From Bacilli bacterium (GTDB lineage Bacteria > Bacillota_I > Bacilli_A > RF39 > UBA660), in the NCBI GenBank assembly GCA_016297695.1, contig JAEDGC010000001.1, forward strand, positions 23,161 through 87,160: DNA of 64,000 bases, read 5' to 3'. Position 1 is the first letter of the stretch, and the number at the start of each line of letters is the position of its first letter. This document shows, in pieces, positions 1-10,000 of the stretch. Made by a program: the position numbers and the translations under genes. Under the pieces are notes generated by a model. That model did not search any database. It saw only the letters and a list, made by a program, of their open reading frames with translations, and was not told the origin of the DNA.

Positions 1-168
1 AGTCTATTTGAAGTTGTGAGTAATTATTATGATTATCAATTTAATTTATATTCAGTTATTTATTCAAATAATAAATTTTATAGATTACTCCAATCTAAAG
101 ATATTGATTATTCTATTGAAGGATCTAAAAATTCAATAATATTAGCTATGGAAGTAGCAGATGATTAA
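1..168 (+). CDS. 3' end of an upstream virion (tail/baseplate module) gene, partial
   Basis: Frame 1 is open from the window edge to TAA at 166-168 (...SKNSIILAMEVADD*). The next gene starts 24 nt later. Function is assigned by position only. Confidence 0.4.
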   Translation, partial: SLFEVVSNYYDYQFNLYSVIYSNNKFYRLLQSKDIDYSIEGSKNSIILAMEVADD

Positions 169-191
169 ATAAAAAAAGGGGGTAAAAGGAG

Positions 192-3100
192 ATGGCTGAT
201 GAAGCTTTTTTAGACGGAGAAGGCTTAACTCAAGTGGTTACTTGGTTAAGAGATAAAGATGTTGGACAATATACAGATGAATCTAAGACTAATGAAATAT
301 TTAATGATTATTCTAACAATAAAGCAAAAGGGAATTATAATCATGCAGAAGGATATAATACTCAAGCAATAGGTTCATATAATCATGCAGAAGGTTATAA
401 TACTACAGCTGGTTCATATCAAAATGCCTATTACAGATACTGCGGAAATCCAATTTTACAAGTTGAAAGTGGAACTTCTATTATTAGTAAAGCTACAATA
501 GATAGTAATAATTATCAAATATCTGGAAAAACTGGTGCTTTCTCACTAGATAGTATAGAGCTACCAGAAGATTTTACTGTAGGAAAATATAGTTCAGAAT
601 TACAGATATTTGATTACAATTATGTTTTTAATAATGATAATTGGTATACTACACAAATTACTAATATAGAAACGACTGATGAATTAAATTCTTTGTTTAC
701 TACTTTATTTGAAAATAATTCAAATATAAATAGAAAAATATATATGGTTTCAGAAGAACCAACAGAGGTATCTGATGATTTATATATATATAATGGCGCA
801 ATATATTGTTCTGCTTTTATGGATAATAAAATTACTGTATCAGAAGATACTATTAACGTCCTTACAACTATTAATACTCTTGAATCTCAAAAAGATAATT
901 ATATTACAACATTATATGTAAATGAATCTAATACATTTGGTTTTATATATTATTTAGCTGACGATAGTTTAATATTATTTAAACAAGAATATGATATTAA
1001 TAATATAATAACAATAATTAATCTAACTAATAACTATGGTACTTTTAAGAAAATTGATAAAGTTTATCAGTCTGCGCCAACTATAACTACTCAATTAGGC
1101 TTAGTATGTGGAACTTCTTTTAATTCAACAACAACTCCGCAATATTATGGAAAGAGTGGTAAATGGGAATATCTTAATGAATATAATGTTGTATTAACTA
1201 TTACAGAATCAGATAGGACAGTTTATGATAGCGAAGGAAATCCAACAGATGTTGTTAATCCATCACTTATAGTTACATATAATGATGAAATTTTAATAAA
1301 TAAGACAGTAGATTTTGCTACTGATACTCTTGATTTTATTTATAATAAAAATGAAGAAGAAATTTTTAATTGGTATTTAGATGGTAGTATAGTAGATTTA
1401 TCTGAATATGGAATTTCAGTAGAAAATCAACAAGAATACGATATTATTTCTTTTGAATTAAATAAAGTTTATATATCTTATGATTCAGAAGGTAATCAAA
1501 TAGAAAAAAATCAAGAAGAATTTTATAATGATAATCACGCATCTGGAACTACTTCTTATATATTTAATGGTACTGCATCGGGAAATTGGGTTAAAATTGT
1601 AAAAGATGGTGCAATAGGAAATACTACTTATTGTCACGCAGAGGGTTATAAGACTATCGCAACTGGGACAGGAGCTCACGTTGAAGGTGGTTGTTACAAG
1701 GAAGACGGAACAGAAAATACTTCGCGTGTAATTAGCATATCTTCTTTGGAACCTGATGGAGAACCTACAGAAGTAGAAATCATATCTTCTCGTGCTGACG
1801 GTATACAAGCTCATGCTGAAGGTACTCAGACATACGCATATGGATATTCCTCTCATGCAGAAGGTTATCAAACTATCGTAACTGGACCTGATAGTCACGC
1901 TGAAGGAATACAGACTCAGGTTGCCGGTAGCGGTTGTCACGCAGAAGGCCTTCAAACAAAAGTACACGCAGGTACGGCAAACCACGTTGAAGGATTAAGT
2001 TTATCAATCGCTGATGGAACAGCAAATCATGCAGAAGGTATGTTTAATACAATTTCAAACGGCTTAGCAAATCACAATGAGGGTATGTCAAATATAATCT
2101 CTTCTACCGGTAATTGTAATCATGCAGAAGGCAATGGTCATTATATATATAACGGAACAGCAAACCATGCAGAAGGATATGGTCATCATATTAACGAAAC
2201 TACTGCTGGCGACTATAATAGTGTTAGAAATTATGCAAATACTACTGATGGTAATTATGCTTCTGATATTTGCTGTGGTACTAATAAAGTTAAAGGCTGT
2301 AAATATACAAGCGTTAGCGGACAATCTAATACAGTAACAAATGATTATGCTTCTATTATATCTGGTATGAATAATACAACAGAAGGTGGCTGGAGAAATA
2401 TTATAGGTGGAGATAGGAATGAACTTCAAGGCGGACTTAATATTATATCTGGTCAAGGCAATAAAGTTAGTGGTAATGTAAATATTATTGTAGCAAATGG
2501 TGAAACTGTTAATGGTAGTTATAATCTCATTTCTGGTCTTAATAGCACAGCACTAAAAGGTGATGGCAATATTATAGGTGGTACTGCTCATTCTAATTGC
2601 AGCGGGGATAATAATTTAATATTTGGTGATGTTAATTCTGTTAGTGGTAATCAAAACATCATAGGTGGTACAAGTAATAAAATAGTTACAATAGAAAAAA
2701 ATAAATATTCTAGGGATAATGCAATTTTTGGAAGTATTAATTCTATTTATTCAGGAGAGAGCAGTATCATCGGAGGTACTTATAATACCTCATATAATTC
2801 ATTTCAATTTATTTTTGGTACTAGTCTTCAATCGGGGAATACAGACACTATTAACTCGGCGAGATCCGCTCTGGTCATTGGTGAGTGTAATGAAAATTGT
2901 TTTACCGATACCGAATATGTACTAACTAATGATACCATTTATTATGACACTCATAGTAAAACTTACTATTATATTAAAAATGATGAATATTATAAAATAG
3001 AAATTCTTTCAAATACAACTCCTAATAGTAATTGGTATGAATTAGTAAATGATGAATACATAAAAACTCAAGATAAAGAAATGATAGAAAATAAAGAATA

Positions 3101-3392
3101 TTATTATAGATATAGTGATACTGATTATAGATTAATAAAAATAAAAAATACCGAAATTACTCAACCCATCTATGAAATTAAACAATATATAATGATTGCA
3201 GGTAATGGAATCTATGATAATAGATCTAATGCTTTAGAATTAGATTATCAAGGTAATTTACAAACATCTGGAGATATTATAAATGGTGATGGGGTAGTGC
3301 TTGGAGCATATATATCTAATGAAAAAATTGATGAAATATGGGATAATATTTTTGGAGGAGGTAGAGTATGCTTAGTACAGACGAGTTCTTAA
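192..3392 (+). CDS. tail fibre / adhesin-like protein with YadA-head-type repeats
   Basis: 1066-aa ORF with an AAAGGAG RBS. Many degenerate tandem repeats of the form (N/S)HAEG.xT.A.G (aa ~50-75 and ~490-690), followed by NxxxG-rich repeats. Lies in the fibre/lysis block. Confidence 0.7.
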   Translation: MADEAFLDGEGLTQVVTWLRDKDVGQYTDESKTNEIFNDYSNNKAKGNYNHAEGYNTQAIGSYNHAEGYNTTAGSYQNAYYRYCGNPILQVESGTSIISKATIDSNNYQISGKTGAFSLDSIELPEDFTVGKYSSELQIFDYNYVFNNDNWYTTQITNIETTDELNSLFTTLFENNSNINRKIYMVSEEPTEVSDDLYIYNGAIYCSAFMDNKITVSEDTINVLTTINTLESQKDNYITTLYVNESNTFGFIYYLADDSLILFKQEYDINNIITIINLTNNYGTFKKIDKVYQSAPTITTQLGLVCGTSFNSTTTPQYYGKSGKWEYLNEYNVVLTITESDRTVYDSEGNPTDVVNPSLIVTYNDEILINKTVDFATDTLDFIYNKNEEEIFNWYLDGSIVDLSEYGISVENQQEYDIISFELNKVYISYDSEGNQIEKNQEEFYNDNHASGTTSYIFNGTASGNWVKIVKDGAIGNTTYCHAEGYKTIATGTGAHVEGGCYKEDGTENTSRVISISSLEPDGEPTEVEIISSRADGIQAHAEGTQTYAYGYSSHAEGYQTIVTGPDSHAEGIQTQVAGSGCHAEGLQTKVHAGTANHVEGLSLSIADGTANHAEGMFNTISNGLANHNEGMSNIISSTGNCNHAEGNGHYIYNGTANHAEGYGHHINETTAGDYNSVRNYANTTDGNYASDICCGTNKVKGCKYTSVSGQSNTVTNDYASIISGMNNTTEGGWRNIIGGDRNELQGGLNIISGQGNKVSGNVNIIVANGETVNGSYNLISGLNSTALKGDGNIIGGTAHSNCSGDNNLIFGDVNSVSGNQNIIGGTSNKIVTIEKNKYSRDNAIFGSINSIYSGESSIIGGTYNTSYNSFQFIFGTSLQSGNTDTINSARSALVIGECNENCFTDTEYVLTNDTIYYDTHSKTYYYIKNDEYYKIEILSNTTPNSNWYELVNDEYIKTQDKEMIENKEYYYRYSDTDYRLIKIKNTEITQPIYEIKQYIMIAGNGIYDNRSNALELDYQGNLQTSGDIINGDGVVLGAYISNEKIDEIWDNIFGGGRVCLVQTSS

Positions 3393-3631
3393 ATATAGAA
3401 GGGTTTACTCATACCCTCGAAAAAATAAAGTCAATAACAAGCACTTATATGTATGAACAGGGAGTTGCTGCAAATATCTGGGAGATTAATCATAATATGG
3501 GTAAATTTCCTTCTGTTACGGTAGTTGATAGTGCAGGAAGTGTAGTAATTGGCGCAATTGAATATATAGATATAAATAATTTAAAAATTACTTTTAATAG
3601 TAGTTTTGGTGGAAAAGCTTATTTGAATTAA
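3368..3631 (+). CDS. small hypothetical protein of the fibre module
   Basis: 87-aa ORF overlapping the preceding stop. No motif recognised. Confidence 0.4.
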   Translation: MLSTDEFLNIEGFTHTLEKIKSITSTYMYEQGVAANIWEINHNMGKFPSVTVVDSAGSVVIGAIEYIDINNLKITFNSSFGGKAYLN

Positions 3632-3645
3632 AAGGAGGAACTTAA

Positions 3646-4530
3646 ATGGCTGCTGAAAATAAATTTTTAGTACATTTAAATTTAAACGGAAATGAAATTA
3701 GAAATGTGATTCTACAAAATTTGAGTAGCGCACCAGAGGTAGAAACTGGTACGAATATAGGTAGAATGTACTATGATACAACAGAACTGACACCAAAAAT
3801 CTTTAATGGAACTGAATGGGTTTCTTTTGGTGGAAGTGAAGATACTAATACAACTTATTCTTTTAGTATTACTGAAAAAAATGCTGACGGTAATAAGGAA
3901 AAATATTTCCATTGGGAAGATTCTGATGGAAAAAGTGGAGATATTCTAATTGTAACAATAGATGGAACTGTATCTAGTACATCTACTAATCCAATACAAA
4001 ATAAAATTATAAAAGCTTATGTAGATACAACAGCAGAATCTACTTTAGCAAGTGCAAAAGAATATGCTGATGGATTAGTTACAAGAGCTATGAATTATAA
4101 AGGTACAATTAGTCGTAGTTCGGGCTTACCAACAGAAAATGTAAAAATTGGAGATACTTATAAGGTTGCGGAAGCTGGAACTTACGCTAGTCAAACAGCT
4201 AAAGTGGGTGACATATTTATAGCTTCTTCTGCTACTCCTACTTGGGATTATATTCCATCTGGTGATGAATCAAACGTGATTGTATATACAGCTACTAATC
4301 CAACTCTTACTGCTACATCTGGTGGGGTTTGTGAATGGTCTATTACTACAGTTGCCGCATCAAAAAATTCAATTCAATCTGTTGCGGTTTATGAAAATTC
4401 AACAAATGAACAAGTTTATCCTAATATTACTATATCAGGAACTTCAAATCCTACAATTAAGATAACCATTGGAGCATCTGTAGGTACTACTATTAATGCA
4501 AATACATATACTGCACGATACATTTATTAA
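3646..4530 (+). CDS. tail fibre protein
   Basis: 294 aa with an AAGGAGG RBS. The N-terminus (FLVHLNLNGNEIRNV...GRMYYDT...IFNGTEW) resembles phage fibre attachment domains. Confidence 0.6.
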   Translation: MAAENKFLVHLNLNGNEIRNVILQNLSSAPEVETGTNIGRMYYDTTELTPKIFNGTEWVSFGGSEDTNTTYSFSITEKNADGNKEKYFHWEDSDGKSGDILIVTIDGTVSSTSTNPIQNKIIKAYVDTTAESTLASAKEYADGLVTRAMNYKGTISRSSGLPTENVKIGDTYKVAEAGTYASQTAKVGDIFIASSATPTWDYIPSGDESNVIVYTATNPTLTATSGGVCEWSITTVAASKNSIQSVAVYENSTNEQVYPNITISGTSNPTIKITIGASVGTTINANTYTARYIY

Positions 4531-4545
4531 TAAGGAGGCATTAAA

Positions 4546-7500
4546 ATGAAATTATTAGCTCCTATTATAAATGATGAAGATGTTGTTAATAAAAAATATG
4601 TAGATACTACAGCAGATAAACTACAATCTCAAGTTGACAATATTCAGATAGGCGGTCGAAACTTATTATATTATAGCCGATTTGATAATAAATATGCTGA
4701 TTACTGGTACTATCCACCGAGCGTAACGTATTCGTTTGACAGTGGTTATACTACAATGACAAAGCCTGAAACCGCAGCAAGACAGTTTACAACGCAAGCG
4801 TCAAATAAAAACTTAAATTTGTTACCGGAAAACGGTTGTAGCTACACGCTTTCCTGCGAAGTTATGAAAGCGGAAGGGCTTAATGTCGGATATGGAACAA
4901 AGGTCACAGTAAGATATAACTACACGGACGGTACAGTAAAGGATTTTGACATTAATATTCCAAGTGATATTACAGAAGATGTATGGCATAAATGTAGCTA
5001 CGCATTTACATACTCTTCCGGCAAAACTATAAACTATACACAGTTTATAGTTGCACTTGGAGCAGAAGCCTGTGGAATCAAGATAAAGAATGTGAAGTTT
5101 GAAAAAGGCAATAAAGCCACTGATTGGACACCCGCACCTGAAGATGTTGACAATAATATTGCTGCGGCTATTGATGCAGTTGAAATTGGTGGACGAAATA
5201 TTGTAACTGGAACGGCAACAATGACTATTGGTACCGGTGGTCGTAGTGTAGGACATTGGAGAAAATCCGGAACAGGAACAATCGAAACCATAGACATTAC
5301 TGATACACCTTTGCCAGGTATTAATAAAGGTATAAAGATTACATCGTCAGAAGCAGGTTCACAAATAGGTATAGCACAAGATAAAACTCCATTGAATAGC
5401 AGTAGTATATATACGCTTTCTTGTTGGGTGCGTAGCAATGCAGTGTCAGGTCTTGAATGTAGATTACAACCTTTTTATTTATCGGCTTCTGATTATGGCG
5501 GAAATGGTGCTTTTAACATTACAAATCAATGGCAACATATAAGTTATACGACTATAAATAACCCAAAGAACACAACAGAGTATAGTGCATCATATATCTA
5601 TTTAATACCACAATCAGAAGGTGATATACTAGAAATATGCGGTATCAAATTAGAAGTCGGAAACAAAGCAACCGACTGGACTCCTGCCCCTGAAGACATT
5701 GACAATAATATTACGGATGCAACTAATGATTTTATAAAAGAATTATCTGTATCAAAAAGGACTATTACTTATACGAAGGGCGATGGCTCAACAGGTACTA
5801 TTACAACACAAGATACGATTACAACTGCCACTACAACTGGTTCAGGTAATGCAGTTACAGCAATTACTGCGAATGATAAAGGAGCATTAACAGTTACTAA
5901 AGGTGCTACCTTTTTAACAGCGCATCCTACTATTGCTACAAGTATGGATTCTACGTCTACTGCTTCTCCAAGTGCGGGAGATACATTTACAGCTATAGAC
6001 GCAGTAACAAAAGATAGTAATGGTCACGTAACTAAAGTAAATACCAAAACCATTACCTTACCTGCTAAACAAACTACAATATCTGGAAATGCAGGAAGTG
6101 CAACTAAACTTGCGACTGCGCGTACTATACAAATAAATTTAGAAAGTACTTCATCAGCTTCTTTTGACGGTACTGCTAATATAACACCAGGAGTTACTGG
6201 TACTCTTCCAATATCTAATGGAGGTACTGGTCAGACGACTGCTAAAGCTGCTGCAAACTCTTTTATAAATGCATTAGAAACAGGAAGTGATACTCCACAA
6301 GATACAGATTATTATGTATCTCAATATGCTGGGGGTGGAACAACTAATACTAGTTATGTTAGACGGACAATGAGCGCTTTATGGAATTATATTAAAAGTA
6401 AACTTGCTACTGTAGCAACCAGTGGTTCTTATAATGATTTGAGTAATAAACCAACTATACCTACTGTTGGAAATGGCACTATTACTATTAAACAAGCTGG
6501 TACTACAAAAGGAACATTTACAACAAATCAAGATGGTAATACAACTATTGAATTAACAGACAATAATACAGATACTAAAGTTACTCAAATAGTAACTACA
6601 AGTAATGCTAACTATCCTCTACTACTTGCTCCAAGCGGACAAACTACTACTACTACTACATCATCGTATTTTGGTACAGATCTAATATTTAATCCAAGCA
6701 CAAAAACACTTAAAACTAAACAGTTCGAAGGAAATCTTGCTGGTAGTGCAGTAAGACGATATGTATATGGAGAAGATAATAATGTTACTACTAACTACGG
6801 TTATTATAAAATAGCAAGTTTTACAATAGATTCCCCATATTACACAGCCGTATTAAAACTACGTATTTGGTCAGATAACTTTACTAATTTTGCAAGAACG
6901 CCTGCAGAAGTAACTATTGTTTTTAGGACTAATTCAACAACAGCAACAACTACTAACGCTTATACATACGTTGATGGAGAAATAATCGCACCTTTATTAA
7001 ATTCAATATATTTAAAATATCCTAATACTACAAACGCTGGTACTTGTGAACTTTATTTTTATAAAGATGCAACCTATCAAAAGATAGATGTAGATGTATT
7101 ATATGAAGGTATAAGAGGTAGCACTCCTTCAACATATCAATATCAGTCAGTTTGGACGTTTTCAGATAACAAAGTAATTTCTAATGATATTGCGGAAGAT
7201 GGATATGCAGTTGCAACATTAAACGCTTTAAAACAACATCAAGCCATAAAAGCATCAACGTTTACTGGTATTCATAATTATGAAGGTAATAATGGAGCTT
7301 GGGGATTAAATATCATAAGAACTGATTTTACAAAAGGCGATATTCCAACTTATAATACATATTGGGCATTGAATTTTATGGATAAAAATAGTGGAAATTC
7401 TCACGCTAATAGAATAGGATATTTAGATAGTTATATTGATACAAGCGGAAATTCTTATATAGAACTATGCGCTATGAATAATGTATTAAATGACACGACA

Positions 7501-8598
7501 GGTGCAGTTATTAGATTTGGTAAAAAACGTGATGGCACAGAATATCTAAGATTAGGCTCTTCTACGATAGGTAGTAGTGATAGTCCAGTATATATAAATG
7601 GAGGTATTATTACATCTACAGGTAAAAAGTTTTCAAATTATTTACCATTAGCAGGCGGAACTATGAGTGACACAATAATTTCATCTAAAACCACTAACTC
7701 ATATTTAAAAGGAAATCAAGGTGAAGCTATTATAAACTCAACAGCAGGGGCCGGTTCTTATACAATGCTTGCTAAAACAAATTCCGCAAATGGTTATTTC
7801 ACTACTGGTTCTTATCAAACTAAATATTTACTTCAATATACAGAAAAAGCCACTGTTGACGCAGGCACTAACGCTGTAACGAAATCTGTTACATTATTAG
7901 ACGAATCAGGAAATAGTTCTTTCCCTGGAACGGTTTCTGCTACTACATTTAGTGGAGCGTTATCAGGTAACGCTTCCAGTGCTACATACTCAACAAATGT
8001 AAGAGTAACTGATACTAATCCTACTACAGGAGCATGGTATTACCCAGTATGGGCAGATAATAAATTAGCAGATACTAACTACAAACTAAAAGCTAATGAC
8101 GGCCTTTGTATGTATTCATTAAATGGCACAACATCAACAGTAGGGAGAACATATTTAAGCATTGGTAATTCAACAGCGTCTGGGACAGCTGGCAATAAAA
8201 AAGGCTATTTGAGACTATATAGTGAATCATCAAGCTATACTGATATTCTAGCTACAACTTCCTCTGATAATTATAAAGTTGTACTTCCCGATTCAAATGG
8301 AACAATAGCATTAAGAACAGAATGTGTAGAAGGTGTAATTGGAGGTAATTCATTAACATTATCTTACATAACTGGAAGCAAAAAAGTTTTGCTGATAGGG
8401 ATTAGTACAGATATGAGTACTTCTTGTGCAGTCACTCATACAATATCGAATAGTATGACTGCTGTTTCGAATAAAACACTGCTTAGTTTTGGAGAAGATA
8501 GTCTTAAGTATTCTATCTCAACCAAAGGTGATATTACATTAACTAATGTTGGATCAGCTTCTTACGGATCGAAATACGTAGCTATATATTTTAAATAA
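4546..8598 (+). CDS. large tail fibre / receptor-binding protein
   Basis: 1350 aa with an AAGGAGG RBS. N-terminal DVVNKKYVD fibre motif. Two copies of a module ending GNKATDWTPAPED(V/I)DNNI. Long S/T/G/N-rich shaft. Confidence 0.7.
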   Translation: MKLLAPIINDEDVVNKKYVDTTADKLQSQVDNIQIGGRNLLYYSRFDNKYADYWYYPPSVTYSFDSGYTTMTKPETAARQFTTQASNKNLNLLPENGCSYTLSCEVMKAEGLNVGYGTKVTVRYNYTDGTVKDFDINIPSDITEDVWHKCSYAFTYSSGKTINYTQFIVALGAEACGIKIKNVKFEKGNKATDWTPAPEDVDNNIAAAIDAVEIGGRNIVTGTATMTIGTGGRSVGHWRKSGTGTIETIDITDTPLPGINKGIKITSSEAGSQIGIAQDKTPLNSSSIYTLSCWVRSNAVSGLECRLQPFYLSASDYGGNGAFNITNQWQHISYTTINNPKNTTEYSASYIYLIPQSEGDILEICGIKLEVGNKATDWTPAPEDIDNNITDATNDFIKELSVSKRTITYTKGDGSTGTITTQDTITTATTTGSGNAVTAITANDKGALTVTKGATFLTAHPTIATSMDSTSTASPSAGDTFTAIDAVTKDSNGHVTKVNTKTITLPAKQTTISGNAGSATKLATARTIQINLESTSSASFDGTANITPGVTGTLPISNGGTGQTTAKAAANSFINALETGSDTPQDTDYYVSQYAGGGTTNTSYVRRTMSALWNYIKSKLATVATSGSYNDLSNKPTIPTVGNGTITIKQAGTTKGTFTTNQDGNTTIELTDNNTDTKVTQIVTTSNANYPLLLAPSGQTTTTTTSSYFGTDLIFNPSTKTLKTKQFEGNLAGSAVRRYVYGEDNNVTTNYGYYKIASFTIDSPYYTAVLKLRIWSDNFTNFARTPAEVTIVFRTNSTTATTTNAYTYVDGEIIAPLLNSIYLKYPNTTNAGTCELYFYKDATYQKIDVDVLYEGIRGSTPSTYQYQSVWTFSDNKVISNDIAEDGYAVATLNALKQHQAIKASTFTGIHNYEGNNGAWGLNIIRTDFTKGDIPTYNTYWALNFMDKNSGNSHANRIGYLDSYIDTSGNSYIELCAMNNVLNDTTGAVIRFGKKRDGTEYLRLGSSTIGSSDSPVYINGGIITSTGKKFSNYLPLAGGTMSDTIISSKTTNSYLKGNQGEAIINSTAGAGSYTMLAKTNSANGYFTTGSYQTKYLLQYTEKATVDAGTNAVTKSVTLLDESGNSSFPGTVSATTFSGALSGNASSATYSTNVRVTDTNPTTGAWYYPVWADNKLADTNYKLKANDGLCMYSLNGTTSTVGRTYLSIGNSTASGTAGNKKGYLRLYSESSSYTDILATTSSDNYKVVLPDSNGTIALRTECVEGVIGGNSLTLSYITGSKKVLLIGISTDMSTSCAVTHTISNSMTAVSNKTLLSFGEDSLKYSISTKGDITLTNVGSASYGSKYVAIYFK

Positions 8599-8613
8599 GG
8601 AGGATGGTATATA

Positions 8614-9294
8614 ATGTTAATTTTTAAAGATAATACTTGGCAAATTAACGGGTCGTATCCTGATTTTGATTATACAAGATATGAAAGAGTTTATAATGAT
8701 AAACTGTCTGATTATGAAATAAAAGAAAAAGAAGATTATATCGAAAATGTTAATCCTGTAGTTTATGTAATATCTGACGATTCTCCTTTAACGTCTAAAG
8801 TTATGCAGTATGCTCCTAATATGAAGGTCATCACCGACGAGAAAGGAATCGTTATTGATGTTATAGAGGATTATTCTCTTGAAGATGTAATTAAATTAAA
8901 AATTGCAGAAGTTAATAATTCTTGTAATAATACAATTTATAATGGTATTGATTATAATGGAGAACATTTTGATTTAACTGAAGAAGATCAAATAAATATA
9001 ATGTCTAATCAAAAAACAGCCGAATTAGGCATTCCAGTTCCTTATCATTCTTCTAGTGCAGATAAAACTCTTCCTTGTAAGATTTATACTCCAGAAGAAT
9101 TTATAGGTTTAGCAAGGGCGGCAGCAGAATTTAAAGTATATCAATTAAGTTATTGTAATTTATTGAAGTGTCAAATATGGGAAATGACAGATAAAGAAGA
9201 AATAAAAGCTATTAAATATGGTGATTCTTTAAATGACAAGTATCAAAATATGTTAAATCAACTATTAGGTGGTCAAAATGAAACAAATTTTTAA
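8614..9294 (+). CDS. fibre-associated protein (DUF4376-like C-terminal half, from memory)
   Basis: 226 aa with a GGAGG RBS. C-terminal ...NGIDYNGEHFDLTEEDQINI...IYTPEEFIGL... resembles DUF4376 proteins found next to phage fibres. Confidence 0.4.
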   Translation: MLIFKDNTWQINGSYPDFDYTRYERVYNDKLSDYEIKEKEDYIENVNPVVYVISDDSPLTSKVMQYAPNMKVITDEKGIVIDVIEDYSLEDVIKLKIAEVNNSCNNTIYNGIDYNGEHFDLTEEDQINIMSNQKTAELGIPVPYHSSSADKTLPCKIYTPEEFIGLARAAAEFKVYQLSYCNLLKCQIWEMTDKEEIKAIKYGDSLNDKYQNMLNQLLGGQNETNF

Positions 9295-9694
9295 ACAGAT
9301 TTTTTTATATATAATAGGTGGATTGATCTATTTATTAATAGAAATTTTATTTAGGGGACATACTCATTGGACAATGTTTATTATTGGCGGATTGTGCTTT
9401 ACTTTGATAGGCTTGCTGAATGAGTGTCCCAATCTCCGCCTATCTTTAATTTATCAAGGTATTTTAGGCTCAGTTATTATTACTACTATTGAACTTATTT
9501 CTGGAATAATAATAAATATTATTTTAAAGTGGAACGTTTGGGATTATAGTAATCAGCCATTAAATTTATTAGGACAAATATGTTTGCCATTTAGTTTAGC
9601 ATGGATCTTTTTAGCTATCATCGCAGTTTTTGTAGATGATATATTAAGATATATAATATTTAAGGAAGAGATTCCAAAATATAAAATTTTATAA
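9278..9694 (+). CDS. multi-pass membrane protein of the lysis cassette (holin-like)
   Basis: About 4 predicted TM helices. ATG at 9278 follows AGGTGG (the ORF track starts at GTG 9269). Lies immediately upstream of the holin and endolysin. Confidence 0.5.
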   Translation: MKQIFKQIFLYIIGGLIYLLIEILFRGHTHWTMFIIGGLCFTLIGLLNECPNLRLSLIYQGILGSVIITTIELISGIIINIILKWNVWDYSNQPLNLLGQICLPFSLAWIFLAIIAVFVDDILRYIIFKEEIPKYKIL

Positions 9695-9706
9695 GGAGTG
9701 TTTTAT

Positions 9707-10000
9707 ATGGATTTTAGTTTTTTAAAAGATTATATTGTATTAGTTGTAGTGGGAATTTGCCTTATTATAGGTTTTATTATTAAAAATGTAATTCCTTCAG
9801 AAAAAATTAATAAATTTATTCCCTTAATTATGGGAGTACTTGGAGTAGTATTAAATTGCTGGGTAAATAATTGGGGGTTCAGTCCAGAAATTTTACTTGG
9901 CGGTTTAGCAAGTGGATTAGCTTCTACTGGTTCCTATGAATTAGTAGATAATATTAAAGGTCTTTTTATTAAAGGAAAGGATGATTCTAATGAAGATTAA
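9707..10000 (+). CDS. holin
   Basis: 97 aa from ATG 9707 (AAGGAG RBS 8 nt upstream). Two to three TM helices and a charged C-terminus. Overlaps the endolysin start. Confidence 0.6.
   Translation: MDFSFLKDYIVLVVVGICLIIGFIIKNVIPSEKINKFIPLIMGVLGVVLNCWVNNWGFSPEILLGGLASGLASTGSYELVDNIKGLFIKGKDDSNED

Noticed and set aside
1485-2456. Antisense ORFs in the supplied track. Examples: 1485..1985 -, 2088..2456 -, 4822..5438 -, 42647..42994 -, 43984..44550 -, 38563..39060 +, 25736..26149 +, and similar.
   Set aside because: They lie entirely inside long, well-supported ORFs on the other strand. They lack RBSs and have the Cys/Phe/Ile/Leu-rich composition expected from reading AT-rich coding DNA in the wrong frame.
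192-3392. Diversity-generating retroelement target in the repeat-rich fibre gene.
   Set aside because: There is no reverse transcriptase and no template-repeat copy anywhere in the window. The repeats are structural HAEG-type protein repeats.
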